Assembly (NCBI RefSeq): GCF_006345805.1
Contig: NC_043010.1
Location: 34,844,001-34,908,000, forward strand
Reading direction: 5' to 3'
Origin: Octopus sinensis
Taxonomy: Eukaryota
DNA: 64,000 bases
In this document: in pieces, positions 23,874-38,316 of the stretch
Layout: the number at the start of each line of letters is the position of its first letter
How positions within the stretch are numbered: the stretch's first letter is position 1
The notes under the pieces: generated by a model
Told to the model about the DNA's origin: nothing
What the model saw: the letters and a program-made list of their open reading frames with translations, nothing else
Databases searched by the model: none
Translations under genes and position numbers: made by a program

Positions 23874-25990
23874 AATATGTTTCAACACACGAGCTCATAT
23901 AAAGAATCTTGCAAACCAAATCCAAAAACGAAATATACACACACACACACACATGCACAAATGCAATTGTACACACATAACACTACTATATACAGCTTAA
24001 CATGTATGAGGCAATGAGGAAGCTTCTACATAGTCACACAAACTGCTAGAAATAACAATCAAACTTCACCCTAACATCTTTACAAAAAGAAAAACACCTT
24101 GCACTAGGCAGTAACGGCCATGGCTAGAACACCTTTGATCATAGGTCTATTAAATCAGGGTCACTCAGTTCAAACAGAATCATACAAATGATTTAGTCAG
24201 GTAAAAAAAAAAAACCAAGACTAAGTAAGATTCTCTTCTTCAGGCTAACCGTTAAAATAAACTAATCATACATGCTCTCATTATATCTTATATATTATGT
24301 ACTGACATGTACATCCTCCACACACATATATGTATATCTATGTATGTATGTATGTATGCATACTGACCCACAATAGAGCAAATTCAACATTAACAATATT
24401 AACCTTATGCTAGTTATTCTTATTTAAGTCTGCTCCTTCAACCAATCTAGAAATATGCAATAAATGCCTTGGGTTCTATCCCTCATCATTAGAATAACAT
24501 AATAAAAATAATCCATTTTTTTAAATATAATTTTCTTTTTTCTTGTTTTAATGTTGGTTTTATCTAGGTTCACTTTTTAATGTTATTTCATTAAGGCATT
24601 AACAAAATGAATTGTTTTAAAATAAAAGAAATTTGGAGGTAGAAAAGGCATCACTTTAACAGAATTTAAAGGATAAGATGACAGAAAAACACCTATTTCT
24701 ATTGTAATTGATTTGCTGTATAAAGAGGAGGAGGAGGAGTAAAAAAAAGGGGGCACCATCATTGCTGTAGTATAAATATGGCTGCCATTGATTTAGATGG
24801 GATCTGAAAGCAAGGCAATCTTGCAGCTAGCAGTCTGCTGGCTTTAGGTTTTATTCATACAGCAAGCATGCGAGGAAGGGAAAGGGAGGTAGTAATTCAA
24901 TGGAGAAACATCCCTGATTCTAAAGCCAGATCTTAAATTGGCAGTTCAACAGGTTGTAAAATTGCAAGGCAGCCTTTCTCACCAGTAGCATATGCTGCAT
25001 TGCATTGTGGGTAAAATGAGAAAAATGAAGCGCCATATGATGGAAAAAATGCCCATATTTCCTATATTTTTCACTGACAATCACAGATTTAATAAAAATA
25101 TCTATTTCTGGCAGTATAGCAAACATGGTAGGATAGGGATCTAATAAAACAAATGAAAATAAACAGACTGTATTTTTATGTATAGAGTGAAATGTTTTCT
25201 TATAAAAGGTATATATTTAGGTGTTACTTATATATATCCTCTCCACCTCACCATTTTTATATTTTCATCATGTTCTGCATGGTATAGAAAACAGCATTCT
25301 ATCTTTTAAACATAACATTTGTTTTATGAAACAATATTGACAGATTCTTTTGTATGTGTGTGTGTATGTGTGCATGTATGTATGTATGTATGTATGTGTG
25401 TGTATGTATGTATGTATGCATGTATGTATGTGTGTATATATGCATTTTATATATTTTGACTTTTTATAAACAGCCTCAACACAAAGAGTATGCTACCAAA
25501 ATCTGTGAGTGCCAGTTGAGCAATCATTGGACTGCCAGCCATGACTTAACTGGTTGAAACTTCAAATTCACTGTCAACAACACTATTACTTAAGAATGAT
25601 AAACTTGTTCTCTTTAAAGGTATATAATAACTGATCAGATTAGTGTAAAATTGTTTTTATTAAAACTGAACATAAAAACAAACACACATACACACATATG
25701 GGTGACCTCCTATGTGGACTAGTGGTTAGTGTGTGTGTGTGCATGTGTCCACATGCTCACAGATCTATACAGACACATCTACAAAATTACACACAAATAT
25801 AGATTTTATTTTTCAAGGAAAATTATTTCTCTCCCTTTTGCATAATTCAACTAATATTATTAATAGACCAACAGATTTAGTTGCATATTATTACAGGTGG
25901 CAAAGGTGATTTTGCTAATATCCACAGGGAGTATTTACATAAAAAAAAACCCCCAACTGAATATCAGTTTTGTTCTAAAGCAGTTTACAC

Positions 25991-26396
25991 TTTTACTCTC
26001 TTACTTGTTTCAATCATTTGATTGTGGCCTTGCTGGAGCACCACCTTCAGTCAAGCAAATCGATCCCAGGACTTATTCTTTGTAAGCCTAGTATTTATTC
26101 TATCAGCCTCTTTTGCCAAACTGCTAAAGTTACGGGGACGTAGACACACCAGCATCGGTTGTCAAGCGATGTTGGTGGGTGGGGGACAAACACAGACACA
26201 CAAACACACACACACATAAATATACATATATACGACAGGCTTCTTTCAGTTTCTGTCTACCAAATCCCCTCACAAAGCTTTGGTTGGCCTGAGGTTATAG
26301 TAAAAGACACTTGCCCAAGGTGCCATGTAGTGGAACTGAACCCAGAACCATGTGGTTGGTAAGCAAGCTACTTACCACACAGCCACTCCTGTGCCT
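25991..26396 (-). mobile_element. CORE-type tRNA SINE, full length
   Basis: Reverse complement of the 16742 family, from the tail TTTTACTC to the head CACAGCCACTCCTGTGCCT. Confidence 0.85.
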
Positions 26397-27128
26397 ATAA
26401 GTTTATATATCATGTGTTTATTTTTTATTTTTATTAGCTTGATGGGTCTCACTATCTGGCACACACAGCAACAGAAAAAAATCCCACTAGAATGTTTTGT
26501 GTTTTATCTTTCATCTTTTATTATACTTGTTTCATTCACTGGATTCTGTCCATGCTGAGGCACTGCCCTGAATGGTTTAGTCAAACAAAATGACCTGGGT
26601 ACTTATTTTTTCTTTAAGCATGTTACGTATTCTGTCAGTTTATTCTGCTGAACTGCTAAGCTATGGGAAAGTAAATAAACCAACAACAGTTTCAAGCAGT
26701 GGAGAGGGAACAAACACAAATACACACAAATACACATACATAGAAATCTGCTGAAGCTACATATTTGATCCACTACTACTCAGTTTCCTGTTCAACAGAA
26801 TGTCCATTAAGTATTTAAAAAAACAGGAAACTCAGAATAGCTATAGTGTGGCAACTTTAGTTTCAGGCTCAGATATCCATATTGAGAATTCTTTTTATTT
26901 CTTTCCTTGTACACTGAAATGCGTGTATGTATACATGGAAACATAACATGGCAAATACAAACACACACACACACACACGCACACATTAACACAAATACCA
27001 GTCAAATAATACACTAATATGATGATGGTGGTGGTGGTGGTACAGAAACTGGTACGAAAATGTAAACAATAACAGAAAGTATGAAAAGAATTATAAAGAG
27101 AGATGTGAAAAAAATGTATATAGGATGT

Positions 27129-27194
<66 letters not shown>

Positions 27195-30100
27195 ATTATC
27201 TTCATCAACATCATAATGTCTATTTTTCTAAGCTGACCTGAGTTGTTACTTTTTAACTACAGCCCAGCTTTGATGGAACATACCAATGATCAAAGCTGTT
27301 GCAGCTATAACCATCCCATCTTTTTTGCATATCCATTTGACTACATTGTCCAATGTGCCCTTCATTTCTTTTAAGAAAATAGGGTGTGATTTGAGGGTGG
27401 TTTGGCTGCAATTCTTAGCAGGAAAGTGACCATATAGAAAATGTTTTATTGGCTCATATATATTATACCTTTTCTGTCTTTGACTTGATGGCTCTGAAAT
27501 ACAGTATGTCACCACTCCTTCCAGTCTTATATAATCTTGGTTGATATCTGATCTTCATTGCTATGCCTTTCCCAACCATATTTTACCACAAGGATCTTCA
27601 AATGTAAACACATAACACCCTCTGCAACAGTCATCTGTTATTTCATACTCATTTCCTTTTTCTTCAAACCCACAAACCTTCCACAGTAAACATAAGCTCA
27701 ACAAATGGAAGGCAAAATGACAGATGTTCCATGCACAAATATGAAGAGGTGCAAAATTTCTACTGGCCTATAGTGCATATTAAGGTCAGGCAACAAAAAT
27801 GTCCTTGGCCTTGGATGCTAAGAACCCTTGCTACACCAAAAATACCTAAAATATATGTCATGTCATATCTTCCACATGGAGAGAAAGGGAAACTTCGTTA
27901 CTAATAAGAATAACAGCTGTATGAACATATTCCTTCCATTCCTTACTTCTAGTTGCTATGTTTTTTCTACAACCATCTGTAGCATTAATAAGATCAGGAA
28001 TAAGCCAAAAGGTCAATATATTTGACTAATCAAGGGGTTGAAAAACACCTGAAATGATTTTGAGTATGAAGGGTGCTGAATTAAAACAGAACCGAATGTG
28101 GTAAAGTGCATTTATGTAAGGCTAAAACTCATTAATTTCCAGTCAAATATTGATGCAATAACTAATATTCATTGAATATATATTTCATATAAAATATTTT
28201 GACTATATCAATATAACAATATGATTGAATTTTTATTGTTCCTAATCAATTTCATTATGTATTTTCATTAAATTTCTTGAAATATTTTTTATTAAAAAGC
28301 AGTAATGACACGATAGAATGAGGGAATTATTATTTTTAAATCATGAAAATTTTTTATTAATTATATGTTTTAATTATATTTTAAAAATTTACATAAGGAT
28401 CAAAAAGTTATCAATGATTTCATGAATGGGTACCACCTTCAAGGATTTAGTCTATTATATCAATCCCAGCATTTAATTTGTTGATATCTAATGAACTGCT
28501 AAGTTAAGGGGCATTAAAAGACACAACGGTAAAAACAACACCAGTTTTTGGACAAGTGTGAACATAATATACAGTTATCAAGTACTAAAATTCCACTCAC
28601 AAGATGTTTTTCATCCCATAATTACAACAGAAGACCCTTGCCCACTGGAGCCACATCCAGAACTAAGTAGCTGTAAAACAAATTTCTTAACCACATTATT
28701 ATGAAACAATCTGTAGAATTTTATATTTCATTTCACTGGTACTTGTACTACTCCTATACATTTATCATATAAGAAGTTTTGATTCTCTCTTAGTCTGGCA
28801 GAGATTTCATTGCACTTTCTATGTGCACATTATTTGTTCTAAGCACAATGTATTGACCTAGTACATATGCTTTCTTTATTATAAAAACAAGGCCAATTCC
28901 AAGGCAGTATTGGAATATCATGCTCTCATTTGATAATTAGCACTTTGGTATTTACTCCGTTGATCTTTAAAATTTTGTACTCATAACCATGCTTCCAAGT
29001 TTGGATTTTTTTTTCTGCAAGTAAAAGATATTCAGCTATGGGAACTAGGTCACAGGTCATCTGTATAAGAAGTTTCCAAGGACAATCAGTCCTCAAACTC
29101 TTCTATCATAGCCTCAAAAGTTATTAGAATCACAGTGGGGGGCAAAGCAGAACCTAGATGGACATATGAATTTATGATTAAATACACTGGTAACACTAAA
29201 CTTGCTGACAGCACCCTCGTACATGTCTTGAACAGATTTTACAAGCAATTCATCAACATCTCATTTCATTAGTGTCTACTTGACTTACAGAGCGTGGGAC
29301 TGTATATGCAAAAAAAAAAAAACTTTTTTCATATAGACAAATATGCAGCAGAGATTTTGGTACTGAGCTAAGAAGTTCTCTTGAGAACAGAAGACAAGAG
29401 AGAAAGAAATGAGACAAAGTTCTAAGAGAGCAAAGAAAATGAGTGGGAGAAAAGACAAGTAAACAGAAAACGTGTACACACATGCATACATATATATATA
29501 TATATATTATATATATATATATATATATATCAGAACAAAGAGGTAGAAAAAGAGAAAGGAGGGGGACAGAACGAGAGGGAGAGAGAGGGGGAAGAAGCAG
29601 GAAGTGAGAGAAAGGAGGGGACAGAGAGTGAAAAAGAGGAAGAGAAAAAGGTGATTGAGAAAGGTGCAGATAACAGTAAGAGTGACAGTATGGTTATAAA
29701 GAAAACCTGGAGTGAGAGAGAGTGAGAGAGAGAGAGGGAGGGAGAGAGAGGGAGGGAGAGAGAGAATGAGAGGCAGAGAGAGAGGGGGAAGAAGCAGGAA
29801 GAGAGAGAGAGAGAGAGTGAGATGCAGATTATAGATGGTGAAGGCAATGTCAGTACCAAGATGACATTATAAGAAACATAGAGAATTACATTTACTTTAA
29901 TGGCAGCAGAACATAAGCTTCATTAAACCACTTCCTGGCAGTATTCTTGTGCCAGGAAAGAAAAATAGAAAAAAAGCAGATCTTTGGTTTGGGCTATATA
30001 TTTTAATACTTATTTATTTCCTTTTGTTCCATAACCTACTTTATATGCAGAAATATCTTCCCAATATATTTACAATTTATTCTCTTCTAATTGAAACAAA

Positions 30101-30299
30101 AGTTTTTATGCCAGTTACTGAGGTTGGGTTTTTTTTTTTAATTATATTTTATATTTCTATGGACGTCATGGGTTGAACAAGTTTGCAACACTGCATTGCT
30201 CCATGTGTCTCAGAGTAATGAGTATTTTTAATGATGATGATGTTAAGTCTCCAGACCAACTAAAAAAGTTATATTTATGAAGAAAAGGCCAAACAGCTC

Positions 30300-30490
30300 T
30301 TCTTACTCTTGCTTGAAGGGGTTGGGGGTCATTCCAAGATAGTTGTTCCAGAGGTGTACTGATGTGTAGAACCCACCAGTGCTCTCCGTCACTGGTGGTC
30401 CCATGCCAACCCCTCTGCATTCTCCAAGGTGATGTTGAGCTTCTGGAGATCTTCCCCAATCATGTCCAGCCATCTGGCATGGAGCCCGCA
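30300..30490 (-). pseudogene. RTE-clade LINE 3' end (ORF C-terminus plus tail)
   Basis: The minus frame reads ARWLDMIGEDLQKLNITLENAEGLAWDHQ*RRALVGS, matching the RTE C-terminal motif RWxDxIxEDL...AxDRxxWRxLV (W mutated to stop). It is followed by a CAAGCAAGAGTAAG tail. Confidence 0.7.
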
Positions 30491-31945
30491 TTTTACAAAA
30501 CATCACCCCACAGCCTCCCCACTCATAGCTGTTCATCACAGACATGTGCTGATACAGACATGTCCTCTGTCTCTTACTAGATCATCCACCCAAACAGCTC
30601 TGACTAAATAATTTTGTTTTTAGGCAGTATCTTGGACCATATTACCCAATATAAATTTTTCTTTTTAAGACAGTATGTTGAAAGGTGATGGTGATTAGAT
30701 TGCTATTTCATGTAAGTAGGTTGGAGACATACAATTTCCTTGTTTAATGTATATCCCAATATTGAAATACCTGTGAGGACCAAATGTTTTAGTCTAATTA
30801 ATTTCATACCATCGGCTTAAGCCAAATTTTTACTCTAGCATGCCTTATCTTTTTGAATTATATGTTCAGACACTGAACATGGATATCGTTTTGAAGTTCA
30901 CTTCAAAACTTCTCATTTGGTCTTCACTTCAGGGCATTTTGGGCAAGTGTTTTTAACCATTACATTTGCTCAACCTAATTCTTGTGAATGAAATTTGAAA
31001 CCTGCCAGAGGGAATATTATTTTCTTAACCTGTTGCAAGGTTTAATGTCATCACCTAGCCCTTGGGTACCATTACCAGCATCTACTCTATTGCAAGATTC
31101 AGGCTAGTCTCCACTTTAAGGATATTTCTTGTTTCTTTTCACCAGTCTAAAGAGGCCCTGAAAAAGGTCATGGGCACAGCCTACCCACTCTAAGTTCTAC
31201 AAAAGATAAAATAACTAGCAAGGTTAAATAATTGAAAATAGATTATTCTCATGAACCTATATTGTCAAATCTCCACTGCAGATCTGGTCTTCATAGAGTG
31301 ATTCTCTTGAATATTTGTGCTCATACCTCCAGCTGAGTACAAAACTTGAATAACACTATAAAAGCACAGTGAGTTAATGTAGCACTCATTAATCCTACAG
31401 TGCTGCCACTGCTGTACAGTAGTAAATGATATCAACTAATAGTACCTACTTAGAGCTAAGAAGCTTTAGCTGTTGAGAATGAAGTACCTTGGTCATGAAC
31501 AGAACGCAGTAGAGGTGACAGAAAATGACCCCTTAATTTTGCCTGGTTATCAAGTGACCCTTATAAACTATTTAATTAAATTTCTGACTTATAACCTTTT
31601 TGTTTACTTAGCAAATCATTCAACAGCATCTTCCGCATTGTCTTCAATTTAATGTCTGTTTTCCCAGCATGAAACAGACAAACCAAAAATACTATCTTGT
31701 TTATAAAACCAAATATTCCTGTTTCTAGACAAACTACTTTTACTAGCACTTATTTGACCCATAAGTCATAGTAGTTCCATTTAGTATCTATCTGTAAAAC
31801 TTTGGTTAATTCTAGACTATGACAAAAGACACTTGTGCATGGTGCTGTGGTGTGGGATTGAACCTGGTACATGGTCCTGAACCAAATATCTTAACTACAT
31901 AGTTAAAACCAGTCATTAGTAAATTACATTCGAAACATCTTTCAT

Positions 31946-31981
<36 letters not shown>

Positions 31982-32485
31982 AAGAGGGAGAGAGAGAGAG
32001 AGAGAGAAAGAGTGAGCGAGAGAGAATTAGACTTAAGTAGAAATTAAATCTTTAAGCCAAATCTTAAGGTTTTATAAGCTGTTTTGTTAGGGATTTCCAA
32101 TATTTCTGTCAATCAGTGCATTATCTTTGATATTGTATGTGGTTGTTGTTTTTTATTGTTTCCTTTCTCCTAACTCTCTCTTTCTCTCCCCAAACTCTTA
32201 TCCCTTCTTCATCAGCCTTTGGAAATAGGATTAAAAATGAAAATGAAATTCACAAATAACCAAAGATTTGTGTTGACAATAAATAAATCCCAAAACTTAA
32301 AGAAATTATAAACTAGTCTTCCTCCATCCACATAATGATTCCTCAATTTTCTCTAGGTACAAAAGTACTTTTTGTATGAGTGGGAGAGCTGTAGCCTCTT
32401 TAATGTAAACACTGTTGAGTACTTCAGCTTAAATTGTTAACATAAATATATAGTTAATTTCTGAGTTAAATCACTTAATATAAGT

Positions 32486-32701
32486 TACTCTTTACTCTTT
32501 TACTTGTTTCAGTCATTTGACTGTGGCCATGCTGGAGCACCGCCTTTAGTCGAGCAAATCAACCTCAAGATTTATTCTTTGTAAGCCTAGTACTTATTCT
32601 ATCTGTTTCTTTTCCTGAACCGCTAAGTTACGGGGATCTAAACACACCAGCATCGATTGTCAAGTGATGCTGGGGGGACAAACACAGCCACACAAATGTA
32701 T

Positions 32702-32732
<31 letters not shown>

Positions 32733-32910
32733 AATATACATATATACGACAGGCTTCTTTCAGTTTCCGTCTACCAAATCCACTCACAAGGCTTTGGTCA
32801 GCCCGAGGCTATAGTAGAAGATACTTGCCCAAGGTGTCACGCAGTGGGACTGAACCCAGAACCATGTAGTTGGTAAGCAAGCTACTTACCACACAGCCAC
32901 TCCTATGCCT
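32486..32910 (-). mobile_element. CORE-type tRNA SINE, full length
   Basis: Same family as 16742 and 25991, with head, CORE-like block, internal CA/TA tract and tail. Confidence 0.88.
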
Positions 32911-33591
32911 ATGCTCATGATTTTTTCTCCATAGTCAGCACCCTGAGGGGAGGTGAGGGGTCAGTAGAATATGTTCTTGTATATACAATTCAACGGTAAA
33001 AAATCTTCAGTGATGATACAATGAATTATTAAAAGACTTAGGTATGTTCTCTTGTCATGTCTTTTCTGACAAAATAGTAACAAAGTCCTGTAAATATTTT
33101 ATAATTTGTTCACTTCTGATCTATCATTTAATTTGTTTTAGTAACTCCCAGTAGAATGGAAAGCAAAGAATTCATTATTTTGCCAGGACAGTTTGAACAT
33201 AGAACCACTAAACACCAAACTAGATGTTACAATGTAGCTGAGATGAGGACACCTTCTACAATCAATGGGGAATAGAATAGCAGTCAATCCTCCCTTTAAA
33301 CAAATTTTATTTTCTTAAGGAAGGAAGAACATGTTGTCCTAGATATACTGTCTGAATAAAAGATGGGAGAGTCATAGCTGAAACTTCTTTGGTCAAATGC
33401 CTGCAGCATCAGGCTAGACTTAGGGCTAAATAACAACAGTGATAAACATAGCAAAGATTGATCAGAAAGTATCCAATGCTAGAACATTGTCTTATTCATA
33501 TTTTTATTGTTTCACTTCAGTTTGGATAATGATTTCTTTTGACTAGTATAATAGACAACATTGGTTTGACAGAGATATCTAATACTCATGA

Positions 33592-33885
33592 AGGCATGTG
33601 GCCTAGTGGTTAGATTGTTGCACTCATGAGATTGCGGGTTTGATTCCCAGACTAAGTAGCACATTGTGGTCTTGAGGAAAACACTTCATTTCATGACACT
33701 TCAGTCCATTCAGCTGTAAATGGGTAACCCTGCAAAGGATTAGCTTCCAATCAGAGGGAATGTCGACCTGCTCACTTAGCCAGCGGGGTGGCATCATTCA
33801 AAAGCTAAAACAATACAAAGTGCATTGTGACCAGTGATGTATAACAACATTCAATAGTATGGTCGATCACATGATCTAGTACTCA
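33592..33885 (+). mobile_element. Second tRNA/CORE-type SINE family; related copy at 44355-44605 (+)
   Basis: Head GGCATGTGGCCTAGTGGTTAG...GGTTTGATTCCCAGAC and CORE-like CTTGAG(G/C)AA(A/G)ACACTT(C/T)ATTTCA...CTGTA(A/G)AAATG in both copies. Confidence 0.7.
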
Positions 33886-35200
33886 ATTTAACTAATCTAG
33901 TGGGTATTTGGGAGTTGAACCTGTACCTGACAGGAAAGAAAATTTAAAAGCATGACGCCAGCCCTCAGTCAAAATCGTCCAACCCATGCTAGCATGGAAA
34001 GCGAATGTTAAACGATGATGACTATGTAATCAAGTACTCTACTATCTCTGCCATGTGCACCACCAATATTTAAGATGTAATACTGATCCCTTTTCTGCTT
34101 CTTATTTATAGGGAAGAAGGAGACTAGTTAAAGGGCCAGCAATTTAAGAAGAGGGTTTATAGATAATTGAAACAGAGACTTTGAGTTAACAAGCAAAGAA
34201 AATAAAAATGATTTGGACAAGCAAAATTTGAACTCAGAATGCAGAGAGAAATCAAAAAGACAATGACTACAGCCCTAACCATTTCCACTAACTCATCACC
34301 ATGTTTATAATTTATGATTTGTAATACTGTAATATTCTTTATTTTCTCTTTTAACTTCTTCTTTAGGCATAAGACCATATATTTTATGAGAAAGATGAAA
34401 TAGATTGTTGTGATATTCCTGCCTTTCACAAGAACATTAATAGCATAAACGAAGAGGCAGGATTTCAATCAGAGACCAAAATTACATTGTAGTCTCACTT
34501 TGTTTATTTCTTGCTTTAAAGCATTTATTGTATATTATATGCATATTGCATATTGTGAAAAATACCATTATTGATTATGTTTCTATTGGGCCAGTCACTG
34601 GCTTTATGGTGGCAAGAATGACAAAGAGTGTCTGTGCAATTTGGGAGGAATAACATACAGCAAGGTATTTTTGTTTGAAAGAACTGATTTATCAATTCTT
34701 TTCATCACTATATATTATCATCATCGTCATTTAACATCCATTCTCCATGCTGGCATGGGTTGAATGGCTTGACTGGGGCTGGATTGGCAGAAGACTTCAC
34801 CAGGCTTTACTGTCTGTTTTGGTAGGGTTATATATGTGTGTGTGTGTGTGTGTATCAGCATTCACTATTTTCCTCTCGTTCTGGTTTAACGACCCTCCAT
34901 GTTTGATAAATCGGTTTCCTAGTATATCTCCACTGTCCTGTTTTTGTTCCCAACTTTGACCCTCCATAAATCCTAAATTTTATTTTAGAATTTATGGGAC
35001 CAATTGTCGTTGAAGACTCATATTGTCATTGAATGCACGAAATGAGGAGTAGATAGACAGTCAACAACTGATGAAGGGTTGTTTCTCTGTGTTTACTTGT
35101 CTTGTTTCCTATTTTTTCTCTCGTAGTTTACATATTTAACTCATTTGTCTATGTATTTCTTATTGTTTACACAGTTGGTGACATCCTATTCCAATATATG

Positions 35201-35618
<418 letters not shown>

Positions 35619-36254
35619 TACTTAAATTTTCCTCGAATGAGGCTTTTACATGCCGAAGACTACTTGGTGTAATTGATAATTTTTCCAAATTAATTAATTT
35701 CACCCTTCATTATATATATATATATATATATATACATATATAATTGATTTGAACCTTCAAATACTCAGAAAAATGTTTATTACAGATATGTATAATACAT
35801 GATGGGTTTCCATAGTTTCCATCTACTAAATTTGATACACAAGGTTATGATACAAGACACTTGCCCAAGGTGTCATGCAGTGGGAATCAACCAGAAAATA
35901 CATAGCCGTAAAGGAAATTCCTTCATCACAAAGCTGAATCAGTGCCAGCCACCATGTCCATGCACTTTGCAATAATCTATCACATAAGTTCATTTCTAAC
36001 ATAGGCACAAGGCTAATATTTATGGTGAGGAAATGTACAGTTAATTTAAATGAAACACAAATGGGTGACTAGAAGTCAATTTAAGAGCCCAGTTCTTAAT
36101 TGGACCCCATTTCATCAACTTTGGAAGGATGAAACGCAATGTAAACTACAATGGAATTTGAAGTTAGACCATAAAGAGATAGTACCAAAATACTGTTTGG
36201 CATTTAGTTCTACACTTTTCTGATCAACCACCTTACCTATTCTTTTCTTTTCTT

Positions 36255-36451
36255 CTTTTATTTGTTTCAGTCATTTGACTGTGACCATGCTGGAGCACCA
36301 CCTTTAATTGAACTAATCGACTCCAGGACTTATTCTTTGTAAGCCTAGTACTTATTCTATCAGTGTCTTTTGCCAAACTGCTAAGTTACAGGGACGTAAA
36401 GATACTAACATCAGTTTTCAAGCAACAGTGGGGGGACAAACACAAACATAT

Positions 36452-36501
<50 letters not shown>

Positions 36502-36662
36502 CGAGCTTCTTTCAGTTTCCATCTACCAAATCCATTCACAAACCTATGGTCGGCTGGTGGCTATAGTAGAAGACACTTGCCCAAGGTGCCACACAGTGGG
36601 ACTGAACCCAAAACCATGTAGTTAGGAGGAAAGCTTCTTACCACACAGCCATGCCTGCGCCT
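36255..36662 (-). mobile_element. CORE-type tRNA SINE, full length
   Basis: Same family motifs as 32486-32910. Confidence 0.85.
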
Positions 36663-37870
36663 ATTATGATGTAATAACATCTTATAGTCCCAGTACAGTA
36701 ATCTTACAAACAGCAGTAGGATAAACAGAGAAAATAACTCTGAGAAAGATGGCAACTATGATGTTGATGATGAAAATATTGATTAGGCAAGCTGTTACTG
36801 TAATCCTGACAGATTGCTGAGATTTTTAAGGCTTTGAAATATCTTTTACTTTAGTCAGTTGAGATGTTATCAAACCTCTCCATGTGAAAGGATTTTTACT
36901 GGAAAAGTAGGGCTTCAACACTAACAAAAAAAATGTTGTTATTACAAATAAAAATAAAATACCAGCTCTTCAACTAATGGATAAATAACAACAACAATGT
37001 GTAAGCTGTGAAATGGTTCTCCTCGAAATAGGAGTTAGAGAAAATAACATTTGAAATAAAATATAAAAGGCAAACACTCAAATTTCATTTCTACAAGAAT
37101 GAATTCATTTAATTTGGCAAGAAAAATATCTTACCAGATTACAGTAAAATCCTGTATAATCACCATTGCTGTAATAATGATGATGATGATTATGATGACT
37201 ATATTAATATAATGATTATATTGTTAATTATAATAAGTTATAAGAGTAGTAGATTAGCAGAATCAAAAAAAAAAAATCATCAGACAAAATGACAGTGTTT
37301 AGTTTCATTCATTTACAATTTAAGTTCAAGTCCAGCTGATGTCAACTTTACATTTTATTTTTCTTGGGTCAATAAGTAGTAAGGACAATATAATATAATT
37401 GACTGTACCCACCCCACCAAAAATATGTGGCCATGTGCCTCAGTAATGAATCAATAAATATAAGCTGTATTGTGACAGGCATATCCGTATGGCTGAGAAG
37501 TTTACTTTGCAGCTCTGTGGTTCCAGGCTCAATCCCATAGTGTGACACCATGGGCAAATATCTTCTTTCATAGCTTTGGGTTTGCCAATATTTTATAAGT
37601 GAAATTTGGTAAACAGAAACTGTGCACAAGCACATTGTGTGTGTGTGTGTGTGTATGTTTGCAAATAAATGTAAACAACTTATCATAAAGTAAAAATAGC
37701 TAATTCAATGAATTGATAAAGAGAGATTGATAAAATGCATTCCAGACTAAAAACTGGGTTGATATTATTGACTAAAAACTCTTGAGTTTTTCTCATTACT
37801 TTTTTAAAAATATGCTTATTTCATGTTTATATTTGCAGTTACACATGCAATGGGTATACATATACTCAAG

Positions 37871-38316
37871 AGTTAGACTGGCATCTGTCAAAAGATTAGA
37901 CTGGCATCCGTCACATAATTAGACCAGCATCTGCTGCATAATTAGACTGGCAGCCATCCAATATCAAGCAAGCGCCCATCCTAAATTAGACCGGATCCAC
38001 TCCAAAACAAGTCTGGCACCTCTCCAAAATTTAAGCTGCTGTACAACTTCTGAGATCAACAACCATATAGAAAGAAACCTGAATCCATCCAGAATCAATC
38101 AAATGTCTTTCAGAATTACATCTACATCCATCCAGAGTAAGATAGGAATCCTTCCAAAATTAAATTGCCACACCCTCCAAGACAAGACCATACTCCATCC
38201 AGGATTTAACTATAACCCTTTCAGAAATAATATCAGCACCCTTTCATAAATTTCTTACACATACTTCCAAAATTCAATTAGCAGCTTTCCAAGGTTAGAC
38301 TGACATTCTATAAGAC
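37871..38316. repeat. Highly degenerate 22-23-bp minisatellite, ~20 units
   Basis: TTAGAC at 37873, 37896, 37919, 37942 and 37986. T(C/T)CA(A/G)-type anchors at 38001, 38023, 38088, 38110, 38131, 38153, 38176, 38198, 38220, 38243, 38266 and 38288. Confidence 0.75.
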
